The notes under the pieces are model-generated. The model was not told the DNA's origin. It worked only from the letters and a program-made list of their open reading frames with translations, and ran no database searches. 64,000 bases of DNA from positions 2,693 through 66,692 of the forward strand of contig CAZPVS010000002.1 in NCBI GenBank assembly GCA_964590315.1. The letters are read 5' to 3'. The position numbers and the translations under genes were made by a program. Origin of the DNA: an uncultured Candidatus Saccharibacteria bacterium. Lineage in GTDB: Bacteria > Patescibacteriota > Saccharimonadia > Saccharimonadales > JALRHH01. Every line of letters begins with the position of its first letter. The first letter of the stretch is position 1. Shown here piece after piece: positions 28,449-36,750 of the stretch.

Positions 28449-28952
28449 TTACTTGTTGTTCATATGGCGGCCCATGCCGGGTCCACCAAGATCCTTTCCC
28501 TGTCCAGTGACATAGCGGAGGTATTCATCCGCGATATTGTTTTCTTCAGCCCATTTCTCAAGCGCTGTCCGCTGCGCTTCCATTTTTGCTTTTCGCTCAT
28601 CGGCGCTCATATCGTGGAACGTATCGCGGTTGGCTTCGCGTTGTGCTGCAAGCTCAGCCCGTTTGCCGTTGATGGCGTCTGCTTGTGTCTGGGTCAGTTT
28701 GCCGTCAGAAACAAGCTGGGCGACTTTGTCTGTGATCTGTTGGTCACGCTCCGACTTCATTTTCTCATGTTGCTCGTCGAATGCTTTCCCTACCTCATTC
28801 TTGTCCAAGTTGAACCTAGAGGCTATGGCATCTACCATGTTTGCTCTCGGGCTATCGGTACTGTTTGCCGTTGCAGCATGTGCTACTCCGGCACCGATGC
28901 CAGTAATGCCGATAACTGATGCGACACCTGCGGCTAATATATGTTTTTTCAT
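28449..28952 (-). CDS. Secreted helical protein, unknown function
   Basis: Signal-peptide-like MKKHILAAGVASVIGITGIGAGVAHA, then a charged coiled region. Start set at the ATG preceded by GGAGG. Confidence 0.6.
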   Translation of the reverse strand: MKKHILAAGVASVIGITGIGAGVAHAATANSTDSPRANMVDAIASRFNLDKNEVGKAFDEQHEKMKSERDQQITDKVAQLVSDGKLTQTQADAINGKRAELAAQREANRDTFHDMSADERKAKMEAQRTALEKWAEENNIADEYLRYVTGQGKDLGGPGMGRHMNNK

Positions 28953-29039
28953 TCGTATCCTCCGTTTATGTAAATCATCCACTAAGATGACACTACTGAG
29001 GATAGCTGGTCTAGCTGTGAGACTGCTGAAGACCGGAAC

Positions 29040-29438
29040 TTACCAATGTTTGACCAGAAGGTATGTACCCGCGGCCACGGTTGCGGTTAAGAGCGCACCC
29101 CACACCAGATCCACGACGACTAGCTTCGGCGTAAAGCCTTTAATCGTTGCTAAATTAGTCAGGTCATATGTAGCGTAGGCGACAAACCCAAACAACGCTC
29201 CCATACCAGCGGCATAGACGAGTGAACCCTTCTCGATGGCGGGATTGATAACAAACGCCACGATACCGACGATGTAGATAATGTAGAACAAGACGGCAGC
29301 CACCATGTTTGGCTTATCAAGGAGTAGTTGACCAATCTGACTTTTGTAAAATTTGTTGGCAATGACACTGAGCCAGATTGCATCTAGTACACCCATGATG
29401 CCACCCGCCACAAGAACACGTATAAGTATCTCTTTCAT
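29040..29438 (-). CDS. DUF2177-like small membrane protein
   Basis: 132 aa with four hydrophobic helices. GVLDAIWLSVIANKFY motif. The family call is tentative. Confidence 0.5.
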   Translation of the reverse strand: MKEILIRVLVAGGIMGVLDAIWLSVIANKFYKSQIGQLLLDKPNMVAAVLFYIIYIVGIVAFVINPAIEKGSLVYAAGMGALFGFVAYATYDLTNLATIKGFTPKLVVVDLVWGALLTATVAAGTYLLVKHW

Positions 29439-29689
29439 GTCTATAAGTATATGCGTTACAGCTAAAATGTTGAAATGTTTTACTTCAGCACTTTAGTTGT
29501 ACCAGGTTTTTCTCAATCTTACTCTTTCGAGCATGAGAGTACGGACCTGGTGGCCGTGATGGCGAGAAACGCGTTAAGCATTCCTCAAGCCAAACATCCC
29601 TAGGGATCGTGCAGTGGTCCAGGGTTAAGGGTCTCTATCTCGGATGGCTTCCGAGAGAAACACCAGAACCCTAGTCCCACGCATGCACG

Positions 29690-31210
29690 TTAGAAAACGC
29701 GGACTCCTTTCGATTGGAGGAAGCGGATAGGTTCGAGCGAACCTTTACCCCCTGCTCCGCTTCCTTGAACACACAAGCTGATGTCGGTACACACCGTAAA
29801 GTGCAGGTGAGCACCCGTGGAGTAGCCGGTGGAACCGACGCTCCCAAGGGGCTTGCCAGCACTGACAGTGCTACCCTTGCTGATGCCATCAGCAAACGCG
29901 CTCATGTGAGCGTACAGCGTTGCAACGTTACCGTGATCGATGATCACGTAGTTGCCCCAGGCACTGCTGTACTCTGCTCGCTCGATTCTGCCACCGGCTG
30001 CGGCATATATCGGGGTACCAGCAGAGGTGCTCATGTCGGTGCCGTTGTGAAAGCCAGGTGCTCCCGTTACTGGATGGAAACGGAAGCCATAGCTGTCGCT
30101 GAGTCGGTAGCTGAAGTTTTTGAGGGGGGCTTGCCAGGCACCCGTGTACTCTCCGCCACCTGCTTGACTGATGCGTAGGCCGCCCATGAAACCCTGGTTG
30201 TAGTACATGGACTGCACGAGCACATCAGACTTACTGTTCGCCGCATTCAGGAGCTGGTCGTTGCCGAGGTACATCCCGACGTGGTAGATCCCGCTCTGAG
30301 TGCCATCGCTGGACCAGAAGACAAGATCACCGCGCTGGAGCTCCTCCCGGCTGACGTGACTGGTGGTGATACCAGCCTCCCGGTCCCCCGTGTATCCCCA
30401 CTGCTCACGAGAGGTTCGTGGCAACGTGAGACCCGCCTTATCGAACGCCCAGAGCAGGAGTCCCGAGCAGTCGAAACCACCCGGCTCAGTGCCTCCCCAG
30501 ACATAAGGCGTGCCGACGCGTGACTTGGCGAACTCAATGGCTCGTTCCACGATGTCCGACGAACCCTCGCTGCTCACGCAACTCATGTCCGCGGTGATCG
30601 TCTGGGAGGGGCCGCCTGTGTTGGTGAAGTTCAGGCGTCGGGCAATGGCTGCCGCCTCGTCCAGATGAGGGTCATACGCCTCCGGGTGGCCAGAACGCTG
30701 TACTGCCTGCGCCACGTCTCCGTAACCCCGTGTCTGCCAACCTGGTACGGTCAGCATAACGTCGAGGAACTTATTCGTGGCGTAGGTTACGTCCTGCACC
30801 TGTGCGTCCGTACCCCACCCTTGGCTTGGCCGTTGCTGCAACCAGCCCTTGCTATCCCGGTCACCGTAGTCCAGATTTCGAAGTGTCGACTCCTGGATGC
30901 CCGTGATGAGCAAGATGACCAGAACGCGGTACAAGGGTGTGTCCCCGAAATCACCACGGCGGGCATGCACGACTGCGGCAGCCTGACGGACGACTTTCAT
31001 CTGATCCGCCTGGATAACCGCGTCTTTGACTGTTAGGACGCCGGAGCCGACTGAGACGCTCTCCGGGTCGGAGGACACCAGAAGACTGTCGTCAGTCTGG
31101 TCTCCGCACAGCACTTCTGGGGGCGGCGTACTGAACATCATGAGGCCCATGACGAGTGCGAATGGCACGATCAGCACGAGCGACATGATTCCTACTACGG
31201 AACGTCTCAC
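29690..31210 (-). CDS. Secreted multidomain cell-wall hydrolase: unassigned N-domain + NlpC/P60 + M23 peptidase
   Basis: 506 aa with an N-terminal TM/signal. NlpC/P60: GTPYVWGGTEPGGFDCSGLLLWAF...IYHVGMYLG. M23: FHNGTDMSTSAGTPIYAAAGG...GNYVIIDHG...STGYSTGAHLHFTV. Confidence 0.8.
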   Translation of the reverse strand: MRRSVVGIMSLVLIVPFALVMGLMMFSTPPPEVLCGDQTDDSLLVSSDPESVSVGSGVLTVKDAVIQADQMKVVRQAAAVVHARRGDFGDTPLYRVLVILLITGIQESTLRNLDYGDRDSKGWLQQRPSQGWGTDAQVQDVTYATNKFLDVMLTVPGWQTRGYGDVAQAVQRSGHPEAYDPHLDEAAAIARRLNFTNTGGPSQTITADMSCVSSEGSSDIVERAIEFAKSRVGTPYVWGGTEPGGFDCSGLLLWAFDKAGLTLPRTSREQWGYTGDREAGITTSHVSREELQRGDLVFWSSDGTQSGIYHVGMYLGNDQLLNAANSKSDVLVQSMYYNQGFMGGLRISQAGGGEYTGAWQAPLKNFSYRLSDSYGFRFHPVTGAPGFHNGTDMSTSAGTPIYAAAGGRIERAEYSSAWGNYVIIDHGNVATLYAHMSAFADGISKGSTVSAGKPLGSVGSTGYSTGAHLHFTVCTDISLCVQGSGAGGKGSLEPIRFLQSKGVRVF

Positions 31211-31225
31211 GAGAAATCACCTCCT

Positions 31226-31789
31226 TCAGGGTCTCGTGACCTCGTATACGAACCAGTTACCAGCTTCCCGGACCCACACCATCTCGTAGACGGAGCGGTA
31301 AGCTGCCTCACTGGATCCGTCAGGGTAGGACTTGGTCAGCGTGAGGGTTATGGAGCCCTCGGCAGTTTCTGGATCGATTAGTTCCCCCTCGAACCCGTCT
31401 GCTACCTCGGCGCTCCAACTCGCTTCCTCTTGTATGACCTCTGTATCCAGCTCGGGGTCGAACCCAAACTGGCCGGTCTGCAGAAAGTGGTCCGTAGCGA
31501 ACCGGGCTACCTCTGCCATCGCTTCTTCAGCGCTCTCCGCGGTGTCCCGCGAGAAGTACGCTTCAGAGAACGCTTCAGCCCGAAGCTCAAGAGTGTTCTT
31601 GGACTTGGACAGCTCCTCAGGATCCCTCTCCGCACGCGCGGGACTGTTGCTAGCTCCCGCGCGTGCGGTCTCAGAGGGTGAGGCCGGGTCGTCCGAAGGA
31701 CTGCTCTCGGGCCAGAACCACAGGACGACAGCCGTCACGACGAGGAACGCCGTGATCAACGTCCATAGTCGCTTAGGCCACCGCCTCAT
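31226..31789 (-). CDS. Membrane-anchored acidic hypothetical protein of the T4SS cluster
   Basis: 187 aa. N-terminal TM (LWTLITAFLVVTAVVLWFW). Overlaps the upstream ATPase stop by 17 nt. Confidence 0.6.
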   Translation of the reverse strand: MRRWPKRLWTLITAFLVVTAVVLWFWPESSPSDDPASPSETARAGASNSPARAERDPEELSKSKNTLELRAEAFSEAYFSRDTAESAEEAMAEVARFATDHFLQTGQFGFDPELDTEVIQEEASWSAEVADGFEGELIDPETAEGSITLTLTKSYPDGSSEAAYRSVYEMVWVREAGNWFVYEVTRP

Positions 31790-33296
31790 CAGGCTTCACC
31801 TGACCTTTCTGGTATTCCTGCTCAGCGCGCTTGGCACGCGCCCGAACATCGTCCAAGGTGTAGGCGTTGACACGCTCTCGCATGCGTCGAACCACACTGT
31901 TGGTGTCGATGTCCTGCAGGATGGAGGGGGGAATGATGTTCTGCAGCCACAGGACCGGTTGTTCGCCGATCTTGAGCGCGTAACAGCCCTGCTGGAGCCC
32001 CGTCGTCAGGAACGCGTCCTCGTCGGACAACCTGACGGTGTTCACCAGGTAATCCAGTACGTCGGGGTCGTAGGGCTGCCGGAACATCGCTCGGAGGGTC
32101 ACGCCCATGTTGATCGACTTGGCGAGCTGCCGGATTTCGGAATCCGGGTGGCCCACCAGGTTGAGCTGTCGACCGAACTGGGTCAAACCGATGTCGACCA
32201 TGTGGAAGGCCCGGGATTTCCTCGACAGGTTGTCCAGCGCTCGCAGGTAGGCGGCGCTTTCGAAGTCTGCCTGGATTTCCTCAGACACCCGCAGGTGCGG
32301 CACGAGGTCGATCCGGTTGTGAACGAGTGCGAAGGTGAGCCACCCGTTGTAGAAGGTGTCAAACGCCTCTCTGGTCTGGGCCGACATGCGGCTCCGGTCG
32401 ATCAAGACTGCACGACCACTCAACTGCTGGTGCAGCGAGCTTCCACCACCAAAGGCGTTGTCGAACTCCTCACCGGTGAAGCGGGTCATGACCGAAGCCA
32501 TGGTCGCCGCGGCGCGAGCGAACTCGTCCTCGGGCAGGTTCGAGCTCTTGTTGCCCAGTGCCTCCAGTTCGGCGATGAACGCGAGGTCTCCCTCCACGGT
32601 GCCATTGCTGGACTGAGTGAGCATCTCGCGCGCTTGCTCCACGAGCGACGTGTGGCGCTCGGCGTAGAACTCCTCCGCGTCGGACTTGGTGAGACCGTTG
32701 AAGATGTCACCCAACAGCTCCGGCTTGGCCACCCTTCTGAACTTGTGGAACATCAGAGCGGTACCGACCAGAGCCGCCAACGCCTCGTAGCCCTGCGGCT
32801 TCCGCTTGAGGACCAGCTCGGCGATGGTACGGGTCTTGTCGACCATCGAGATGAGGTCGTTGAGCTCCGGGTCGTACGGGTTGATCTTGCGATCTCCCGC
32901 CAGCGGGTCGATGATCTCACCGCCGATTGACTCGAAGACATCCTGCATCTCGGGCCGACCACCTTCAGGCTTGCCGTCGAGGCCAAGTGTTCTCAGCCAA
33001 TGCGGCCGTCCCGTCAGGGGGTCCACACCCGCTTGCTTGCCGGCGGCCATGCGGATCCGGTACTTGACGAAGCTCGACTTGCCACTCTCACGGACACCGT
33101 CGACTCGCCACATAGTGCCGTTGATGATGCCGAGCTCTCGGAGCTCCATCTCGTCACCGCAGTACCAGCACTTGGTCTCCATGTTGAGACCCCACGGCTC
33201 CCCGGTGTCGGTCCCCGGATGCGGAGCACTGACGAAGGGCTGCCACAGAGCTGCTGTCCGTGGGGTACCCTTGAAGGTACGACTCTCCTGGGGCAT
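31773..33296 (-). CDS. VirB4/TraC-type T4SS ATPase, C-terminal (NTPase) half
   Basis: 507 aa. Walker A GVRESGKSSF, late KSRAFHMVDIGLTQ (RK...TQ-type motif), Walker-B position reads HLRVSEE. RBS GGAAAGGAG. Confidence 0.6.
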   Translation of the reverse strand: MPQESRTFKGTPRTAALWQPFVSAPHPGTDTGEPWGLNMETKCWYCGDEMELRELGIINGTMWRVDGVRESGKSSFVKYRIRMAAGKQAGVDPLTGRPHWLRTLGLDGKPEGGRPEMQDVFESIGGEIIDPLAGDRKINPYDPELNDLISMVDKTRTIAELVLKRKPQGYEALAALVGTALMFHKFRRVAKPELLGDIFNGLTKSDAEEFYAERHTSLVEQAREMLTQSSNGTVEGDLAFIAELEALGNKSSNLPEDEFARAAATMASVMTRFTGEEFDNAFGGGSSLHQQLSGRAVLIDRSRMSAQTREAFDTFYNGWLTFALVHNRIDLVPHLRVSEEIQADFESAAYLRALDNLSRKSRAFHMVDIGLTQFGRQLNLVGHPDSEIRQLAKSINMGVTLRAMFRQPYDPDVLDYLVNTVRLSDEDAFLTTGLQQGCYALKIGEQPVLWLQNIIPPSILQDIDTNSVVRRMRERVNAYTLDDVRARAKRAEQEYQKGQVKPDEAVA

Positions 33297-33516
33297 GACA
33301 CACGCTCCTTTCCGGGCGGTATCTCTATCAGATGTGTTTTCCTGTTAGGTTGTTAAGGTACGTGATGCGGTTGTCGCACCTCAGTATTACCATTAAGCGT
33401 AATAACAATACTGAAGTGTGTAACTGCCCCGGAGGATTATGAAAGCTCAGTAAAGAGCCAGCAATATCCTCCGGGGCGAGTCGCACCTCATTCGCTGGAT
33501 TTTGGTCCAGCTACGT

Positions 33517-35085
33517 TTACAACAGGGCTAGGGCGGTGGTAGAGCTCCACAAGGATGGGTACTGGTAGTCCCCGCCCTCGATGAGCTCACCGGAGAGGCC
33601 AAGGCCTTCGACAAAAGCCTCGAGGGCTTCCAGTTCGTCCTCGCAGACATCGTGTGCCGTGACCGTTCGGGTCTTGCCGTCCTCGTCGAGGAGGAGGCGA
33701 TCCGCCGTACGGACTGCAACCAAGATGCTGTAGGACTGACTGAACTGACTCGCAAACAGCGTGTCTCCTCGTTGGTTGAGGCGCTCGCTGCGAGCTGTCG
33801 ACTTCCTGGTCTCCACCAGTCCGAGCCAGTCAACGAATCCCTGAATGAAGTTGCTGCCAACTTCAATCCAGTGAACCTCCCGGTCGCTCCTGACGGCTTC
33901 GCCGACGAGTGCAACACTGGGATAGCTGACGGGCAGGTTCGCCATGAACTCCTCACGGAAAAAGCCTTGCCAGACCCGCTCAGGTGCACCCGTGATGCGG
34001 TACACCTTCGTCACGGTTCCGTCCGTGAGGCTGTCCTTGTCGGAGACGACCATCTTCTCGTCCGGCCAGTGGGACACCACGTCATTCCCGCCGTCCACGT
34101 CCGCCTTGGCGTAGTACTCCTGGATCTTGGCGATGTCCCAGGCGCCTCTGACGAACGCATGCAGGCCGGACTCGTTGAGTGGCTGCGGATTGGAAACCCC
34201 GCACGCGCGCAAGTGTTGCTGAGCGGTCGTAACGATCTTTGCCACCGGAAGTCTCCGGAGGTGCCGTTCGCTGATGAGTCCGCTCTCCTGCGCCTTGGCG
34301 AAGCTGCCTTCCCGCTTGATGGTCAGCACGGTTGCCATCCACGGCTTGCGGCCGTATTCAGGCATGATCTGCCGCATCTCCTCCCATGGCTCAGCCATGT
34401 TCAGAATCGCCCGGTCTTCGTCCGTCAGCTCGTCCTCGTTCTTGAAACGAGCTTCCGGGTGGACCAAGTCGGGATGCAACAGATACCCAAGCGCATTGTG
34501 CAGATGCGTCTCGTCAAAAGGATCTTGACGGAAGACGTACCCAACGCCCAGGCTGTAACCGCGCTGCTTGAGAGCGGCCCGCTTGACCATCGTCTCGAAG
34601 TTGCTGTAGGCACGGTCTTGACCAACGAGTGACTGCGACGGGATAGTTGAACCTCCCCCCTCAATCACCACGCTGAGACTGTTGTCCTGCAGGTTGTAGA
34701 GCACTGCCGTCTCCGGCGTGTTCCTCCCCGCTGGGACGCTCGTCACCCAGAACGGAATGACGGTCTCATTGCCCTTGGCGTCCTTCTTCTTGACGCGGAT
34801 GACCTTCTCCTCGTCGAAGACGATGCCCTTGCGGACACGAACACGGAACCAGCCGCGTAGTCCTCGAACAAAGATCCGGTACATCCGTGCGCGGTTGCGC
34901 CGTACCATCAGACCAAACCAGACAAGTGCCAGTCCAGCCTGGGGCAAACTCCCGTAGAAGTTTCCGACGATGAAGCCGATGGCGATGACCGCAATAGTCA
35001 GTTTCCAGTCGCTTCCGCTAAACCGGAAAAAGCCTACGTCGAGCCGGGACGGATGGAGCTCTTCATGAGCTTCCTGTGTGATCAT
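33517..35085 (-). CDS. VirB3/VirB4 N-terminal-like membrane protein (resembles the actinobacterial SCO6880-type family)
   Basis: 522 aa. Two N-terminal TMs (WKLTIAVIAIGFIVGNFYG, AGLALVWFGLMV), then a large soluble domain. Located immediately upstream of the ATPase half. Confidence 0.5.
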   Translation of the reverse strand: MITQEAHEELHPSRLDVGFFRFSGSDWKLTIAVIAIGFIVGNFYGSLPQAGLALVWFGLMVRRNRARMYRIFVRGLRGWFRVRVRKGIVFDEEKVIRVKKKDAKGNETVIPFWVTSVPAGRNTPETAVLYNLQDNSLSVVIEGGGSTIPSQSLVGQDRAYSNFETMVKRAALKQRGYSLGVGYVFRQDPFDETHLHNALGYLLHPDLVHPEARFKNEDELTDEDRAILNMAEPWEEMRQIMPEYGRKPWMATVLTIKREGSFAKAQESGLISERHLRRLPVAKIVTTAQQHLRACGVSNPQPLNESGLHAFVRGAWDIAKIQEYYAKADVDGGNDVVSHWPDEKMVVSDKDSLTDGTVTKVYRITGAPERVWQGFFREEFMANLPVSYPSVALVGEAVRSDREVHWIEVGSNFIQGFVDWLGLVETRKSTARSERLNQRGDTLFASQFSQSYSILVAVRTADRLLLDEDGKTRTVTAHDVCEDELEALEAFVEGLGLSGELIEGGDYQYPSLWSSTTALALL

Positions 35086-35110
35086 GGGGTTTCACCTCCT
35101 TGGTGATCGA

Positions 35111-36349
35111 TTACCGTCCCGGCTTGTGGGTGGGCGGTAGGGGTTGTGTCTTCTCACGTCCAGGTATGGAGTGAGTGACGGGCAGCTCGGGCTGCTTGGG
35201 CTCTACGGGCGTGTGGATGGGCTTCGCGGCACCATTTGTTGCCGGAGGACTAGCCTGCTTGCTCGGCGGAGACTTGGAAGCCTGCACTTTGCTCGCTACG
35301 GCTGTTCCAGCGGCTGCTGAGGTACCTCCAGTTGCGGCTACCGCCCCAACCTTCAATGCCGTGCCCGTCTTGTCCAGCACCTTCTTACGGATGCGGGACT
35401 TGCCTTCTTCCGTGAGCTTGGAAACCTGAGAGGGCTGCTTGGCGCTGACCCTGCTCTGGTTGACGTTGTTCGCGTCGACCTTGCCTCGGTTGTTGACGGT
35501 GGCGTCCACGTTACCCTTGACGCGCTGCGTGAAGGATCCTCGACCCCCCGTCATCTTGACTGTCTGACGGTAGGTGAACTTGAAGAGGCGTGACTGCAAC
35601 CACAGACCGGCAATGAAACCTGTCATGGTCATGATCACAACCCCGAGTGACGAATCACCCAGTTCGGTATCCCCCAGCATCTCTGCGATGTCAAGGCAGA
35701 GGATCATGAGCGGCCGTCCGAAAATCATCGTGACGAACGCTGCACCGATCATACCGTCGCAGAGGGCTCCGTTCTTGTCGGACAGCGGTCGAAATGCCAC
35801 TATGAGCAGCCCGCCGTACTTGACGGCGAGGTTGTACAGCTCATACGCGAACACCACGACCAGCATGCATCCGCCCAGGAACGCAGTGGGAGCAAACGCT
35901 GCGGCTACGATCAGCGGGTTGTCGCTCGCGACACCCATCGACAGCCAGCTGCGGCTCCCGCCCTCAGCGTCGTAGAAGTCGGCCTTCTCGCTCAGGATGT
36001 CGCCCACCGAGATCATCACATCGATCAGGTAGAACCAGATCGGCCATGCGGCAGTGATGAAAACCCCGATGACGATGGCATCGAAGAACTGGTAGATCCG
36101 GGATGACCGGAACATGACAATGCACGCCAGGATGATTGTCAGCAGGTAGGCGACGAAGCCTGACAAGCCGAGCACCTCACTACCGAAGTAGTCAAGTGCC
36201 GCCATGTTGTCCGCACGAGGCGGGTGCATGGCGAGCTCCTGGAAAGCACCGACGAACTCTCGGTAGGCGTCCTTGACCAAATCAGCGAACATGCTGAACG
36301 GATCTGGAAAATCGCCGGGCCAGAGGTCAATCTTTGGAGCGACGATCAT
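35111..36349 (-). CDS. VirB6/TrbL-like polytopic T4SS membrane protein with Ala/Pro/Lys-rich tail
   Basis: 412 aa with at least 6 hydrophobic helices, then a low-complexity C-terminus (AATGGTSAAAGTAVASKVQASKSPPSKQASPP). Confidence 0.5.
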   Translation of the reverse strand: MIVAPKIDLWPGDFPDPFSMFADLVKDAYREFVGAFQELAMHPPRADNMAALDYFGSEVLGLSGFVAYLLTIILACIVMFRSSRIYQFFDAIVIGVFITAAWPIWFYLIDVMISVGDILSEKADFYDAEGGSRSWLSMGVASDNPLIVAAAFAPTAFLGGCMLVVVFAYELYNLAVKYGGLLIVAFRPLSDKNGALCDGMIGAAFVTMIFGRPLMILCLDIAEMLGDTELGDSSLGVVIMTMTGFIAGLWLQSRLFKFTYRQTVKMTGGRGSFTQRVKGNVDATVNNRGKVDANNVNQSRVSAKQPSQVSKLTEEGKSRIRKKVLDKTGTALKVGAVAATGGTSAAAGTAVASKVQASKSPPSKQASPPATNGAAKPIHTPVEPKQPELPVTHSIPGREKTQPLPPTHKPGR

Positions 36350-36416
36350 GAGAACTCCTTTTGGTCATTCCCCCGTCCAGGACTTTCTTTGCCTGGACGG
36401 GGGCGGGACGATCAGG

Positions 36417-36737
36417 TCAGCAGGGGGAGCTGACCGGGTTGATGCCGCTGTTCAGGATGATGGCGAACACCACGATCCCGATGGCTCCCCCGATCAGGTT
36501 TCCCCTGTGGTTCTTCAGGAGGACAGCACCGAGCGCGAGCGCTGCGATGATGACCACGAAGAACACCTGCCCGAGGGACAGGGACAGGCCGATGAAGTTC
36601 CCGATGGGCTGGTTGAGCTCGCCCATCAGATCCCTGGACCAACCGCATCGGGGCTCGATGTCGGCCTCGAACGGCATGGCCATGGTGATGTAGAAGTGCA
36701 GCATCTGACCCTGGACGTACGTCAGGAGCGTCGTCAT
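36417..36737 (-). CDS. Small two-TM membrane protein (pilin/VirB2-position candidate)
   Basis: 106 aa with a strong SD (AAAGGAGGTG). Two C-terminal helices (LSLSLGQVFFVVIIAALALGAVLL, IGGAIGIVVFAIILN). Chosen over the overlapping alternative-frame ORFs. Confidence 0.45.
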   Translation of the reverse strand: MTTLLTYVQGQMLHFYITMAMPFEADIEPRCGWSRDLMGELNQPIGNFIGLSLSLGQVFFVVIIAALALGAVLLKNHRGNLIGGAIGIVVFAIILNSGINPVSSPC

Positions 36738-36750
36738 GACGCACCTCCTT

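Noticed and set aside
28537-29178. 213-aa plus-strand ORF (and 28464-28919)
   Set aside because: It is antisense to the signal-peptide protein and the DUF2177-like gene. It has no RBS, and the terminator and RBS signals support the minus-strand genes.
29590-29690. Possible tRNA or att site at the left island boundary (GGGATCGTGCAGTGGTCCAGGG...CTCGG-ATGGCTT-CCGAG...CCCTAGTCCCA)
   Set aside because: I tried cloverleaf folds on both strands. A 5-bp stem with a 7-nt loop exists (29637-29656), but there is no D arm, T arm (TTCGA-type loop) or matching acceptor stem. It is kept only as a boundary hairpin.
31332-32930. A 532-aa plus-strand ORF, and similar long ORFs at 33652-34632, 36736-37725, 36273-36758, 37268-37777 and 38509-39186, lying antisense to the T4SS genes
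   Set aside because: Long stop-free antisense frames are expected in GC-rich DNA. Their translations are Arg/Gly/Val/His-rich low-information strings. The opposite-strand genes carry clear motifs (Walker A, NlpC/P60, M23) and SD sites.
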